DNA of 64,000 nt from Gemmatimonas sp. GTDB taxonomy: Bacteria > Gemmatimonadota > Gemmatimonadetes > Gemmatimonadales > Gemmatimonadaceae. Of this stretch, positions 31,178 through 42,622 are shown in pieces; the first letter of the stretch is position 1, and each line of letters starts with the position of its first letter. The notes under the pieces were generated by a model. The model worked only from the letters and a program-made list of their open reading frames with translations, was not told the origin of the DNA and made no database searches. The stretch is from positions 32,001 through 96,000 of the forward strand of contig JANNVQ010000030.1 of the NCBI GenBank assembly GCA_031414535.1, in the 5' to 3' direction. The position numbers were made by a program, and so were the translations under genes.

Positions 31178-32350
31178 ATGCGCATTCTCGCCTCCCTCCT
31201 GCTCCTCCCCTCCTTCCTGTGCGCCCAACCCGGCGGCAATCAAGGCGGCGTCACCATCCAGGCCGGCGAGCAGTGCCCGCCGGGCATGACCGAAGTGCGG
31301 CCGCGCAACTGTCGCGCGCCCACCATGCCGGCACCGAGCATCCTCGACTACCGCCCGCGTAACACGGTGGTGAGCGTGGAGCACACGGTGCCGCGCGCCA
31401 AGTTCCCGGCCGTGGACTTCCACGGACATCCGGCGACGATCACCAGCGCCGCGCAATTGGATGCGCTACGCGCCGAGTTTGATGCCATGGGACTGGGCGT
31501 GATGGTCGCGGCGAACAACGTACGCGGCGATGCCTTGCGGAATCAGATGGCGATTGTGGCGGCGCATCCGACGATGAAGGACCGGATGCGATTCCTCACG
31601 GGCATTGATTTCCGTGACGTGGGGCCCGGCTGGGCCACGCGGGCCATCGCGGACCTTGAGGCCAATGCCGCGGCGGGCGCCATCGGCATCGGCGAGATCG
31701 GCAAGGGCCTTGGGCTCAACACCCGCAAGGCGGACGGCTCGAGACTGGCGATTGACGACCCCGAGCTTGACCCCATCTGGCAGGCCGCCGCGCGACTGAA
31801 CCTTCCTGTGTTCATCCACACCGCGGACCCGGCCGAGTTCTGGCAGGCGATTGACTTCAACAACGAGCGCTGGCTCGAGCTCGCGCTATTTCCGAATCGC
31901 CGCTACGGTGAGGAATTCCCGAGCTTCGAGCAGCTCGCTCGTGAGCGCGACAACATGATCAAGCGCAATCCACGCACAACGTTCGTGGTGGCGCACATGG
32001 CTTGGTACGCCAACGACCTGCCCCGCCTCTCGCGGATGATGGACGAGATGCCCAACATGACCGTGGAAGTCGGCGCCGTGCTCTATGACATCGGCCGCCA
32101 GCCGCGCGCCATGCGCGACTTCTTCATCAAGTACCAAGACCGCATCCTCTTCGGGAAGGATTCGTATCAGCCGGAAGAGTACCCGTACTACTGGCGCGTG
32201 TTTGAGACGCGGGACGACTACTTCGATTACTACCGCGACTATCACGCCTTCTGGAAGCTCTACGGCATTGACCTGCCGGATGACGTGCTGCGCAAAGTGT
32301 ATGCCGGGAATGCGCAGCGGATACTGCCGCGGATGCGGGGTAGCCGGTAA
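31178..32350 (+). CDS. Exported amidohydrolase family protein
   Basis: Signal peptide with DFHGH, GIGE, FIHTAD, AHM and LFGKD metal-site motifs. Confidence 0.85.
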   Translation: MRILASLLLLPSFLCAQPGGNQGGVTIQAGEQCPPGMTEVRPRNCRAPTMPAPSILDYRPRNTVVSVEHTVPRAKFPAVDFHGHPATITSAAQLDALRAEFDAMGLGVMVAANNVRGDALRNQMAIVAAHPTMKDRMRFLTGIDFRDVGPGWATRAIADLEANAAAGAIGIGEIGKGLGLNTRKADGSRLAIDDPELDPIWQAAARLNLPVFIHTADPAEFWQAIDFNNERWLELALFPNRRYGEEFPSFEQLARERDNMIKRNPRTTFVVAHMAWYANDLPRLSRMMDEMPNMTVEVGAVLYDIGRQPRAMRDFFIKYQDRILFGKDSYQPEEYPYYWRVFETRDDYFDYYRDYHAFWKLYGIDLPDDVLRKVYAGNAQRILPRMRGSR

Positions 32351-32357
32351 ACCCAGC

Positions 32358-32816
32358 TCAGCGCGGCGCCCGCACTGCCGTCACTTCAATTTCCACGTTC
32401 GCCGGCGCCGCCAGCAGGCGCGTGACCTGCACCCACGTCGCAGCCGGCGTGTGCCCGGCATACGCGCGCAGACGCACAGGGTTTGTCGCCGCGAAGGCCT
32501 CGATGTCCTTGGCGTAGACGGTCTCCTTCACGACGTCTTGGATGGCGAATCCATTCGCGCGCAGTGTGCGCTCAATGCGACGGTAGATGTTGGTGACTTC
32601 ATCAGTGAGTGTGGCGCCGCCACTGACCGTACCGGAGACGTAAATGGTGTTGCCGACGACAATCGCCTGGGCGTAGCCCCATTCCTGCTCACTTGGGGCG
32701 TGCTGATGATACAGCGTGCGGTCGCCACGGACGATGCTGGAGTCACGTGCAGGCACCGCTTGGGCCGCGAGTACTGAAGGGACGAGAAGGAAGGCAAGTG
32801 CAGGTAGCAGTCTCAT
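32358..32816 (-). CDS. Rid (YjgF/YER057c/UK114) family protein with signal peptide
   Basis: GYAQAIVVGNTIYVSG, DVVK and P..T.VQV..L...VEIEVTA motifs. Confidence 0.85.
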   Translation of the reverse strand: MRLLPALAFLLVPSVLAAQAVPARDSSIVRGDRTLYHQHAPSEQEWGYAQAIVVGNTIYVSGTVSGGATLTDEVTNIYRRIERTLRANGFAIQDVVKETVYAKDIEAFAATNPVRLRAYAGHTPAATWVQVTRLLAAPANVEIEVTAVRAPR

Positions 32817-32911
32817 GAATTGTCTCGGATGTGCGGGTGATAGCTGGCCTTACGGACAATCTTTCGGCATTGTTTTGCGTCCGTGGGTTTCCTCACTCTT
32901 TGCCGACACGC

Positions 32912-33907
32912 ATGCCGCGCCGTCTCACCGCTCTCGCCCTTCTCGCCTTCGCGGCCTGCGCTGCCCCCGACTCGGCGGCGGCGCAATCTGCCCCCGCCGC
33001 GCGCCCCGCGTCCTTGGGCCTCGACGCCAACATCACCTTCCTCTACTACCGCGACATCCCGCGCGCCCAACGATTCTACGAGGACGTGCTCGGCCTCACG
33101 CTCACGGTGGATCAAGGCTACTCCAAGATTTATCGCGTATCGCCCACGTCGTACGTGGGGCTCGTAGATGAGTCGCGCGGTTTGCATCGCGCGTCCGCCA
33201 CGAAGCCCGTTACGCTCTCATTCGTGAGCGCTCAGGTGGATGAGTGGTACGCGTATTTGCGCGGGCGTGGCGTGGAGATGGTGCACGAACTCGCCAACGG
33301 CACGCGGCAACCCACCCGCGGCTTCGTCGCCAAGGATCCGGAAGGCTACTACCTCGAGTTTGAGACCTTCCACGACGATCCGCAGAACGCGAGCATTCGG
33401 CCCGCGCTCGAAGGCACGGCACTGCCCGCTCAAGCCACTGAGGCCCAGCGCTGGGTGCGCGACGTCGTGAAGGAGTATCTCTCACAGTTCGGGGACGTGA
33501 GCGACAAGCCAGTCAACTGGGATCCCGCGACGATGATTGAGGCTCGCCTCGTCCCGAGTCTGCGCCAAGCGCTGAGCGATGACCGTGCCGCGGCGAGGGC
33601 AAACAACGACGAAATCGTTGGCCTGGATTTCGACCCCTTCTCCAACTCACAAGACCCCTGCGAGACCTACCGCGCGGGCGCGGTCGCCATGAACGGCGAC
33701 TCCGTCCAAGTCGCCATCCACGCCAACTGCGATTACGGCTCAACCTTATTTCCCGATGCGGTGTACGTACTGGTACGCAGCGGCACGGATTTCCTGATTG
33801 CCGACATCCAGTATCCCGGCAACAGCTCGCTGACGCAGATTCTCAAGTACCTCGCTGAACAGCGCGCACAGCCCGCCGACGCCCGTCCCCCACTCTCGAT
33901 CCGCTAA
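32912..33907 (+). CDS. Lipoprotein: VOC/glyoxalase domain fused to DUF3828(YbjP)-like domain
   Basis: Lipobox FAAC. VOC motifs AQRFYEDVLGL and DPEGYYLEF. C-terminal GLDFDPFSNSQD. Confidence 0.75.
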   Translation: MPRRLTALALLAFAACAAPDSAAAQSAPAARPASLGLDANITFLYYRDIPRAQRFYEDVLGLTLTVDQGYSKIYRVSPTSYVGLVDESRGLHRASATKPVTLSFVSAQVDEWYAYLRGRGVEMVHELANGTRQPTRGFVAKDPEGYYLEFETFHDDPQNASIRPALEGTALPAQATEAQRWVRDVVKEYLSQFGDVSDKPVNWDPATMIEARLVPSLRQALSDDRAAARANNDEIVGLDFDPFSNSQDPCETYRAGAVAMNGDSVQVAIHANCDYGSTLFPDAVYVLVRSGTDFLIADIQYPGNSSLTQILKYLAEQRAQPADARPPLSIR

Positions 33908-34638
33908 TGCAACTCCCCGACCGCACCCCGCTCGGCACCATCATTCTCGCGCTGGGCATCGCCGGCGGCGGATTCCTCGCCGGCCACGGCGTGGTGCGCG
34001 CCAAGGCCGCCGAGCGCTACGTGACGGTGAAGGGTGTGGCCGAGCGTGAGGCCACGGCAGATCTCGCCATCTGGCCGCTGCGTGTGGTGGCGACGAACGA
34101 CGATTTGGCCCGCGCCAACAGCGACCTGCAGACCAGCGTGGGGCGCATCAAGCGCTTTCTGGCGCGGCACGGCGTGGACACCACCCAAATCACACTTCAG
34201 GACTTCGCCGTGCGCGATAAACAGGCCAATGAATACGGGAACAGCGCGAGTGGCCCGCGGTACTTGATCAACCAGACCGTGCTCGTGCGCAGCACGCAGC
34301 CCGATGTAGTTGCTGCGGCGAGCCAGCGAGTCGCCGAGCTCGTGAACGAAGGCGTGGTGCTCTCAAGTGGCGAGCAGTACGGCAACGGCGGTCCGACGTT
34401 CGTGTTCACTGGCCTCAACGCGCTCAAGCCAGAAATGATTGCGCAGGCCACCGCGCGGGCACGCGAAGCCGCCCAGCAGTTCGCCGAGGACGCAGGTTCG
34501 TCGCTCGGCGGTATTCGCCAGGCCAATCAGGGCTACTTCGAGATCCTCCCGCGCGATCAAGCGCAGGGGATCAGCGAAGCATCACAGGTGCGGAAGATGG
34601 TCCGCGTGGTGGCGACCGTGGAGTATCTGCTGAAGTAG
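33907..34638 (+). CDS. SIMPL (DUF541) domain protein
   Basis: VTVKGVAERE, LKPEMIAQAT..AR.AA.QFA.D and K.VRVV.TVEY motifs. Confidence 0.88.
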   Translation: MQLPDRTPLGTIILALGIAGGGFLAGHGVVRAKAAERYVTVKGVAEREATADLAIWPLRVVATNDDLARANSDLQTSVGRIKRFLARHGVDTTQITLQDFAVRDKQANEYGNSASGPRYLINQTVLVRSTQPDVVAAASQRVAELVNEGVVLSSGEQYGNGGPTFVFTGLNALKPEMIAQATARAREAAQQFAEDAGSSLGGIRQANQGYFEILPRDQAQGISEASQVRKMVRVVATVEYLLK

Positions 34639-34640
34639 CG

Positions 34641-35090
34641 TTAAGGCTTCGGAATCACCGGCCCGACGCTCTCGACTGGCGGAGCATTCGCTGCCGGTCC
34701 CATCCCGATGCCGCTGATCATGCCTTCGGCATTCAGGTTGATGCGCAGTAGGAAGTCCTCGGGGATGATCGACATCTTCGAGGTACGCCAGTACTGCCGC
34801 TGTCCATTGCGCATGTTCCAGCGCTCTTCCACGACACTGACTTCATCGCCGGCGCGGGTGCCGACCATCGACAACCCCTCGAGGAGCCCGGCCTTTCCGC
34901 CGATGGATTCAAGGGTGGCGGGCGTCAAGCGGGCAACGAGGCTGTCCGCTTCTCCAGCGTAGAAGAACCGCGCCGCGGTGCGCGCACGTTCGAGAGAATC
35001 GGCGGGCAGGGCCGTCTGTGCGGAGGCGGCGGGCACCATGATGGCCGCGGCGGCAAACGCACCGGCGAGACTGCGGGTAAGGCTGAACAT
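34641..35090 (-). CDS. Exported hypothetical protein
   Basis: GGAG RBS and a signal peptide ending ASA-Q. Confidence 0.7.
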   Translation of the reverse strand: MFSLTRSLAGAFAAAAIMVPAASAQTALPADSLERARTAARFFYAGEADSLVARLTPATLESIGGKAGLLEGLSMVGTRAGDEVSVVEERWNMRNGQRQYWRTSKMSIIPEDFLLRINLNAEGMISGIGMGPAANAPPVESVGPVIPKP

Positions 35091-35162
35091 CGCTACCACT
35101 CCGAGCTGAGGGAAAACGCGTGTGCCACTGCCTACGCGCCCTCCCTCCGCTCGGTTTCTCGC

Positions 35163-36545
<1,383 letters not shown>

Positions 36546-36629
36546 CTATAAAAGATAACGCGCCAGACACCCTTGCCGAGGCGATACTGGGCCTGCACCC
36601 TTACCGGACTCCCACACCATTGGACTCCC

Positions 36630-37787
36630 ATGCTGCGCACGCTCGTCCCACAGTTTGCCACGCTCTGCTCCATCGCCGTGCTCGGATCGTGCGCCGCACC
36701 AGAAGAGAGCCGAGAGTATCTCTACGCGTGGACCGCCGGCGCCGATAGCACCCAGCCCGACTTCCTCGCCGTGATTGATGTGACAGAGGGCGCCGAAGCG
36801 GCGGGCAAGGTGCTCACAACGGTGCCCGTACCGGGCCGCCGAAACATGCCGCACCATAGCGAGCACGAGATGGGGCCAGACGGACGGCTCTTCGTCAACG
36901 GCTTTGGCACCGGGCAGAGTTGGGTCTTCGACATGAGCGATCGGGCGCGGCCGACGATTGTCACGCAGTTCGGCGACCTCGGGGGCTACTCGCACCCGCA
37001 TTCGTTCCTGCGCCTGCCAAACGGCAACGTACTCGCCGCGTACCAGATGCAGCATCTTGCCGACGGCATGCGTCCGGGTGGCCTAGTTGAGCTGACCAAA
37101 GACGGCGCGTTGGTGCGAGCCTCCCAGCCGCAGCCGGAGAGCATCACCGCTGCCACGCGCGTCTACTCCGGCGTGATTGTCGAGGCGCTCGACCGCATCG
37201 TCACCACCACCACCGACATGGATGGCGATGACCAAGCCTCGCGGCAAGTTCAAGTGTGGCGACTGTCAGACCTCAGCTTGCTGCACAGCTTTGCCCTCGC
37301 CGACGGCCCGCGCGGTGGCGAGGGAATGTACACGGCCGAGCCGCGACTGCTCGCAGACGGACGCACCGTGCTCGTCTCAACCTTCGCCTGCGGTCTCTAC
37401 CTCTTAGAGGGGCTCGACGGCGACGCGCCGAGCGGAAAGCTCGTGGCATCGTTCCCCGAGAAGGCAAAGACCAACTGTGCGATTCCCGCCGTCGTGGGCA
37501 ACTTCTATCTCGTGACGGTCCCCGCCTACTCGGCGGTTGTCGCACTCGACATCTCCAATCCCTCGGCACCGCGCGAAGTCTCGCGTGTGGCCTTCGACAG
37601 CACCGACGTGCCGCACTGGCTTGCGGTATCACCGAACCAGCGACGGGTGGTCGTCACGGGATACGACACAATGGCGCGTCGCATTGAACTGCTGACGTTT
37701 GACCCACAGACCGGAGCGCTCTCGCGCGACCGAACGATTGCCGACATCGGTGGCGTGCCGCACGGCACGGTGTTCAGTCGTCCGTGA
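36630..37787 (+). CDS. Beta-propeller lipoprotein, selenium-binding protein (SBP56)-like
   Basis: Lipobox LGSC, DFLAVIDV, and PHH, HPHS, PHW and PHG His motifs. Confidence 0.7.
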   Translation: MLRTLVPQFATLCSIAVLGSCAAPEESREYLYAWTAGADSTQPDFLAVIDVTEGAEAAGKVLTTVPVPGRRNMPHHSEHEMGPDGRLFVNGFGTGQSWVFDMSDRARPTIVTQFGDLGGYSHPHSFLRLPNGNVLAAYQMQHLADGMRPGGLVELTKDGALVRASQPQPESITAATRVYSGVIVEALDRIVTTTTDMDGDDQASRQVQVWRLSDLSLLHSFALADGPRGGEGMYTAEPRLLADGRTVLVSTFACGLYLLEGLDGDAPSGKLVASFPEKAKTNCAIPAVVGNFYLVTVPAYSAVVALDISNPSAPREVSRVAFDSTDVPHWLAVSPNQRRVVVTGYDTMARRIELLTFDPQTGALSRDRTIADIGGVPHGTVFSRP

Positions 37788-39109
37788 GTGTGAGCGCGCT
37801 AGAGCCGCAACACGAGTCAAAAGCCCCGCCACGCCACCTCGGCCTCGCGGCTGCGGTGGCCATTCTCGTCTCGAATATGGTGGGCACCGGCGTGTTCACC
37901 TCTTTGGGCTTTCAGGTCCTCTCACTCTCCAGCGGCTTCGCCTTACTCGCGCTCTGGGCAGTTGGCGGCCTTCTCGCCCTGAGTGGCGCCCTGTGCTACG
38001 CCGAGCTCGGCGCGATGCATCCCCGCAGTGGCGGCGAGTATGTGTATCTCACGGAAGCCTGGTCGCCGATGTTGGGCTTCATCGGCGGATTTGTCTCAAT
38101 GACCGCGGGCTTCGCGGCGCCCATCGCACTCGCAGCAATCGCCTTCGGGCGCTACGGCGCGCAGGTCTTCGACGTGGCGCCCATGATGGCCACCGTTGCG
38201 GTGCTGGTGTTCGTGGCCTCGGTACATCTAACAGGCGTGAGTCGCGCTCGCATTTTTCAGCTGACCACCACCAGCGTCACCATCGTCATCATTACCGCGT
38301 TCATCGTGACGGGTCTGCTGATTGGCCCTCGTGAGCCAATATCGTTTGCGCCGAGCGGGGCAGCGTGGGGGGAGGTTGGATCCGCGCCCTTCGCCATCTC
38401 ACTGATCTACGTGGTGTATGCCTACACGGGTTGGAATGCCATTGGCTACGTGGCAGGTGAGATTCGTGAGCCACAGCGGACGATCCCACGGGCGATTGTG
38501 GTCGCGGTGCTGCTCGTGGCGGCGATGTACCTGATGCTGCACTGGGTTTTTCTGAGAACCGTACCGATTGATGCCTTACGCGGCACCGTTGAGGTGGGCG
38601 CACTCTCTGGCGGCCGCATTCTCGGTGAGATTGGCGGCCGTGTCATGAGCGGCATCATCGCGCTGGTGCTGGTTGCGACGATCTCCGGTTTCATGCTGGC
38701 TGGCTCACGCGTGACCCAGGCTGTTGGCGCCGGCGTCGGTGGACTTGGCTGGATTGGCGTGCTCAGCGGTGATGGGGTCCCGAGGCGAGCGCTCGGCTTA
38801 CAACTCGCACTCATCACGTTGCTCATTGCCACGGCGAGCTTCGAGGCTGTGCTCGCGTACGCTGGCGTCGTGCTCAATCTCATGAATCTTCTCGCGGTTG
38901 CGGGCCTGATGAAGCTGCGACGCAGCGCACCAGAGATAGCGCGTCCCTTCCGCACGCCCTTGTATCCGTTCACGCCGCTGCTGTTCGCGACGCTCAGTTG
39001 TTGGATGATTACCTTCGTGATGTGGCAACGCCCGAGCGTGATCATTGCTGCGGTTGGCACATTGCTCGTTGGCGCCGTGCTGTTCCGCGTCCTCAGACGC
39101 GCGCGCTGA
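37784..39109 (+). CDS. APC family amino acid permease
   Basis: MVGTGVF, YAELG..P.SGGEY, YAYTGW, GEI..P.R.IP and RPF..PLYP. GTG start overlaps the upstream stop. Confidence 0.92.
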   Translation: MSVSALEPQHESKAPPRHLGLAAAVAILVSNMVGTGVFTSLGFQVLSLSSGFALLALWAVGGLLALSGALCYAELGAMHPRSGGEYVYLTEAWSPMLGFIGGFVSMTAGFAAPIALAAIAFGRYGAQVFDVAPMMATVAVLVFVASVHLTGVSRARIFQLTTTSVTIVIITAFIVTGLLIGPREPISFAPSGAAWGEVGSAPFAISLIYVVYAYTGWNAIGYVAGEIREPQRTIPRAIVVAVLLVAAMYLMLHWVFLRTVPIDALRGTVEVGALSGGRILGEIGGRVMSGIIALVLVATISGFMLAGSRVTQAVGAGVGGLGWIGVLSGDGVPRRALGLQLALITLLIATASFEAVLAYAGVVLNLMNLLAVAGLMKLRRSAPEIARPFRTPLYPFTPLLFATLSCWMITFVMWQRPSVIIAAVGTLLVGAVLFRVLRRAR

Positions 39110-39122
39110 GGTAGGTAGTTGC

Positions 39123-39159
39123 AAGACGGCCCGCACTCAGTTCGAGTGCGGGCCGTCTT
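39123..39159. terminator. Bidirectional intrinsic terminator
   Basis: Perfect 16-bp stem AAGACGGCCCGCACTC/GAGTGCGGGCCGTCTT between convergent genes. Confidence 0.85.
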
Positions 39160-39176
39160 TGTAGGACACGGGCTGT

Positions 39177-42152
39177 TTAGCGTCCGGCGTGCAAATCGTT
39201 CCAGTGGAGGATGGCGTTGAATCCGAGGAAGAAGGTTCCATGCGTCTGCCAGCGCCAGAACGGACGAATGGCAAACATGACCACGTGACCATCACCGATC
39301 GGTGCATCCACGACCTGCGCCTTGCCCGCGAGCGCAGACCCGTTGTCGAGCGTGCCGGAAAGGAGAATCTCGCCAGCGTTCTGCGGGAAGGACAGAATCA
39401 CGCGCGGGTTCATGTTGCGTGTGGTCGCCGCGGCTGAGCGCGCGGCTCCGGCATTGGGAGCAGCACCTGCGGCGGCGCGTCCACCCTGTCCGCCAGTAAC
39501 CGCAGCAGCACCGCGCCCGCCGCGCGCCGGAGCTGAAGTTGTCGCTCCTGTACCCGTACTCTCTGTCGCAGCAGGAATTCCTTCGACACTGTTCCAATCC
39601 CACGCCGAGGTGGTCACGGGCGACGCCTGCGGCGTGGTGTTTTGCTGCGAGCGGCTTGCTCCACCGCCACCACCGCCACCGAATCCAGTACCCGCACCAC
39701 CGACAGTGATCACGGGCGCCTGATTGAAGTACACCGGCACCTGCGCGTTATAGCCGTAGGCAATCGGGCTCGTACGGTCGGCCACGATACCGCGCATCAC
39801 CGAGCCGCGCGCAAACAGTCCGGCCGGCTCATCAATGGTGATCCCGGTGGTGAGGTTGTACTCCGGGAAGATGCTCGTGGTGGCCCCTTCAACAATCAGC
39901 GTGCCGCCTTCCTTTACAAACTTCCACAGTTCGAGCAGGCCCTCGTAGCCCATGCCGCCGCGAATGTCCTCGGCGGAATCGTTGAAGCCCAAGTTGGGCG
40001 TTTTGTCTGTGCGCTGATACGGCAGGGGCATCGTGCCGGTCATCGCGATGCCGTTCACCTGTGCCTGCGCGCTACCACCCACGCTGGGATACACGATTAC
40101 GTCATAGCGCGAGCGGAGATTGCCTTCCTTGAGGCGCGTATCGGCGAAGTAGGTATAGGGCACGCCGTAGGTGTCGAGTGCGGCGCGGACCCAGCCTTCG
40201 TCCTGCGTGCGCTGCCAGGAATGGATGTAGCCAATGCGTGGGAGGTCGAGTTCATGCGTGGCCACCGACGGCACCGTCGCCATCGCGAAGCCATTCAAGC
40301 CGAGTTCGCTGAGCACCGGACCAATCTTGCTGGCGTCCGCGTCGGGGATGATGAAGGAGCCCGCGCGAAAGCGACGGCCCGCGACTTCGAAGTCCGCCTC
40401 CGCCGCGCTCATCGCCACATCCTTCAAGCGGAAGCGCATGCTCACGAGCGCGTTGTCCGTGGTGTGATCTACCACCATCACGCGTCCTGTTCCGGTGATA
40501 CCACCCGTCGCGCGCGCCGCCGTGGTGAGACGCGTCATCGCGCGCGTAAGCACGCTTGAATCCGCCACGCCCTGCACCACCACGTTGCGCATCAGCTGAA
40601 AAGTCCAGCCGGTGTCGTCATACGGACGCGGATTGCTCGGCGAGAAGTTCTGCACCGAGAAGTACATATCGGCGAGCGTACGATACGGTTGATCCGCGCG
40701 CACGATGTAATCGCCGCGCTGTACGCGCACATTGCCGAGCGTGTAGGCGGCATCCGCGACGTGAATCTCGAGGCCTTGGCGCTGCAGTTCATTGACTGCG
40801 TCCACGGCATCCACACGACGACGCTGGCCGGCGGGAATCACCCAGGCATACGGCGCCTCGCTACGGCCGCGCGTAACGGAGCGCTTATTCTTGAGCCAAT
40901 AGTTCTCGAGATAGAGGCGACGATTCGTCGCGAAATGGTCGAGAGAGAAAATCAGCGCGGACTGACCGATGTTCACCGAATTGCGTGGCCCCCAAGCGAT
41001 TTCGGGCAGCGGCGGATTCGGCCGAAACCACTCGCGGCTCGTGGTGTTCGGAGCCACGCGAAGATTGGGCTGGTTGTCCGGGCCGTAGTTCTGCACTTCA
41101 TAGAAACGCCCAATCGCATTGTGCGAGTGCGCGGCGAAGAACAGGTAGTTGGGCGTCCAACCATCGTAGAAGCCATAGGTCCACACGCCGGGCACGCCGC
41201 GCTTGGTCATCTCCATCACGTCCACCTGCGCCATCGTCCACCACTCCGTGACCGTGATGGGATCTAGCCATTCGTTGTACGGGCCAGTGCCGGTCGAGGT
41301 GTAGAGATAGGACACGGACTCGTGCAAGTCGTGCATCACCTGCGGCGTCCACTCGAGGAAAAGCTTGTTGGTGTTACGCGTAAGCGCGAGGAACTGCCCC
41401 ATGCCATCACGATTGTTGTCGTGCGCTACGTACTTGCCCCAGTACATGAGCGGCAAGCGCGCTTCGCCGGCCGGGCGGGTCTTGTTGAAGTAGTAGGTGT
41501 CCACCTGACGCTCACGGCCATCTACTTCGAGCACGGGCGTGATGAATACGATGCTGTTGTCGCGGATGTTCTGGATAATCGGCTGCTCAGACACCGCGAG
41601 GCGGTACGCCAGCTCCATCAACATCTCGGGGCCACCGGTCTCGCCGGAGTGCAAGCCAGACGTCACCCAATAAATGGGCTTCGTGGTGTTGATTAGTTCG
41701 CGAGCCCGCGCGTCATTGGTGCGACGCGTATCCGTGAGTTCCTTCAGCTGGTCACGATGCTGTTCGAGATTGGCGATGGTCCGCTCATCGGACGCCGCGA
41801 GCACGTACATATCGCGGCCTTCCTCTGACGTCCCGATCTTCCACACCTTGATGCGATCGCTCGCGGCGTCGAGCGCCTGGTAGTAACGATGGATGTCCGC
41901 CGCGTACGTGAGTTCGCCGGGAGTGCCCACCACGCGGCCCAAGAAGGCCAGCGGCGTGGGAACCGTGGCCGACGCCGGCAGATGATCCACCAACTCCGTG
42001 GTAATACGCGAATCCTGCAAGAGCGCACGAATCTGGCGCGTGTACGCGGTGTCGTTGGGCTGCTGCGACCGTGGAGAGATCTGCGCGAGCAGCAGCGAGG
42101 GGCTGAGTGCGGCGGCGATTAGGAAAGCGCGCGCGCGTGCGGCAACGGACAT
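39177..42152 (-). CDS. Exported M14 family zinc carboxypeptidase-like protein
   Basis: Signal peptide, LHSGE, DNNRD and HDLHE motifs. C-terminal GATase-like domain with a Gly/Ala-rich insertion. Confidence 0.88.
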   Translation of the reverse strand: MSVAARARAFLIAAALSPSLLLAQISPRSQQPNDTAYTRQIRALLQDSRITTELVDHLPASATVPTPLAFLGRVVGTPGELTYAADIHRYYQALDAASDRIKVWKIGTSEEGRDMYVLAASDERTIANLEQHRDQLKELTDTRRTNDARARELINTTKPIYWVTSGLHSGETGGPEMLMELAYRLAVSEQPIIQNIRDNSIVFITPVLEVDGRERQVDTYYFNKTRPAGEARLPLMYWGKYVAHDNNRDGMGQFLALTRNTNKLFLEWTPQVMHDLHESVSYLYTSTGTGPYNEWLDPITVTEWWTMAQVDVMEMTKRGVPGVWTYGFYDGWTPNYLFFAAHSHNAIGRFYEVQNYGPDNQPNLRVAPNTTSREWFRPNPPLPEIAWGPRNSVNIGQSALIFSLDHFATNRRLYLENYWLKNKRSVTRGRSEAPYAWVIPAGQRRRVDAVDAVNELQRQGLEIHVADAAYTLGNVRVQRGDYIVRADQPYRTLADMYFSVQNFSPSNPRPYDDTGWTFQLMRNVVVQGVADSSVLTRAMTRLTTAARATGGITGTGRVMVVDHTTDNALVSMRFRLKDVAMSAAEADFEVAGRRFRAGSFIIPDADASKIGPVLSELGLNGFAMATVPSVATHELDLPRIGYIHSWQRTQDEGWVRAALDTYGVPYTYFADTRLKEGNLRSRYDVIVYPSVGGSAQAQVNGIAMTGTMPLPYQRTDKTPNLGFNDSAEDIRGGMGYEGLLELWKFVKEGGTLIVEGATTSIFPEYNLTTGITIDEPAGLFARGSVMRGIVADRTSPIAYGYNAQVPVYFNQAPVITVGGAGTGFGGGGGGGASRSQQNTTPQASPVTTSAWDWNSVEGIPAATESTGTGATTSAPARGGRGAAAVTGGQGGRAAAGAAPNAGAARSAAATTRNMNPRVILSFPQNAGEILLSGTLDNGSALAGKAQVVDAPIGDGHVVMFAIRPFWRWQTHGTFFLGFNAILHWNDLHAGR

Positions 42153-42238
42153 CTGAACTCCGATTGCTGGTGGTGGGAACGTCCGATGAAACTACGCGCC
42201 ACGGCGCCGGAACGCTCGCGACGAGTTATTCTCTCCGT

Positions 42239-42622
42239 ATGGCCCGCGCAATCGACCCCGCCCTCGCGAAGCTGCGTGCAGTTTGCCTCGCGCTTCCCGA
42301 CGCGCACGAGGTGCCAGCGTGGGGCACCTTCACGTGGCGCACCAAGAAGATTTTTGCGATGTACGCCATGCCCTCAGACTCCAAGCATAGTGGAGGCAGG
42401 CCTGGCGTGTGGCTGGCCGCGGCGAAGGGCAACCAAGCGCTGATGGTTCGCGACCGGCCGGAGCGCTTTTACGTGCCGCCCTACGTGGGCGCGAGCGGCT
42501 GGATTGGTGTCTGGCTCGACAAGCGCGCGCCGTGGAGGGAGATCGCTGCGCTCGTGGAGGACTCGTGGCGGCTCACGGCGCTCAGGCGCACGGTGAACAA
42601 GCGCACGGTGAACAAGCGCTAA
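42239..42622 (+). CDS. MmcQ/YjbR family protein
   Basis: LRAVCLALP, KIFA, FYVPPYVG..GW.G and LVEDSW motifs. Confidence 0.85.
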   Translation: MARAIDPALAKLRAVCLALPDAHEVPAWGTFTWRTKKIFAMYAMPSDSKHSGGRPGVWLAAAKGNQALMVRDRPERFYVPPYVGASGWIGVWLDKRAPWREIAALVEDSWRLTALRRTVNKRTVNKR

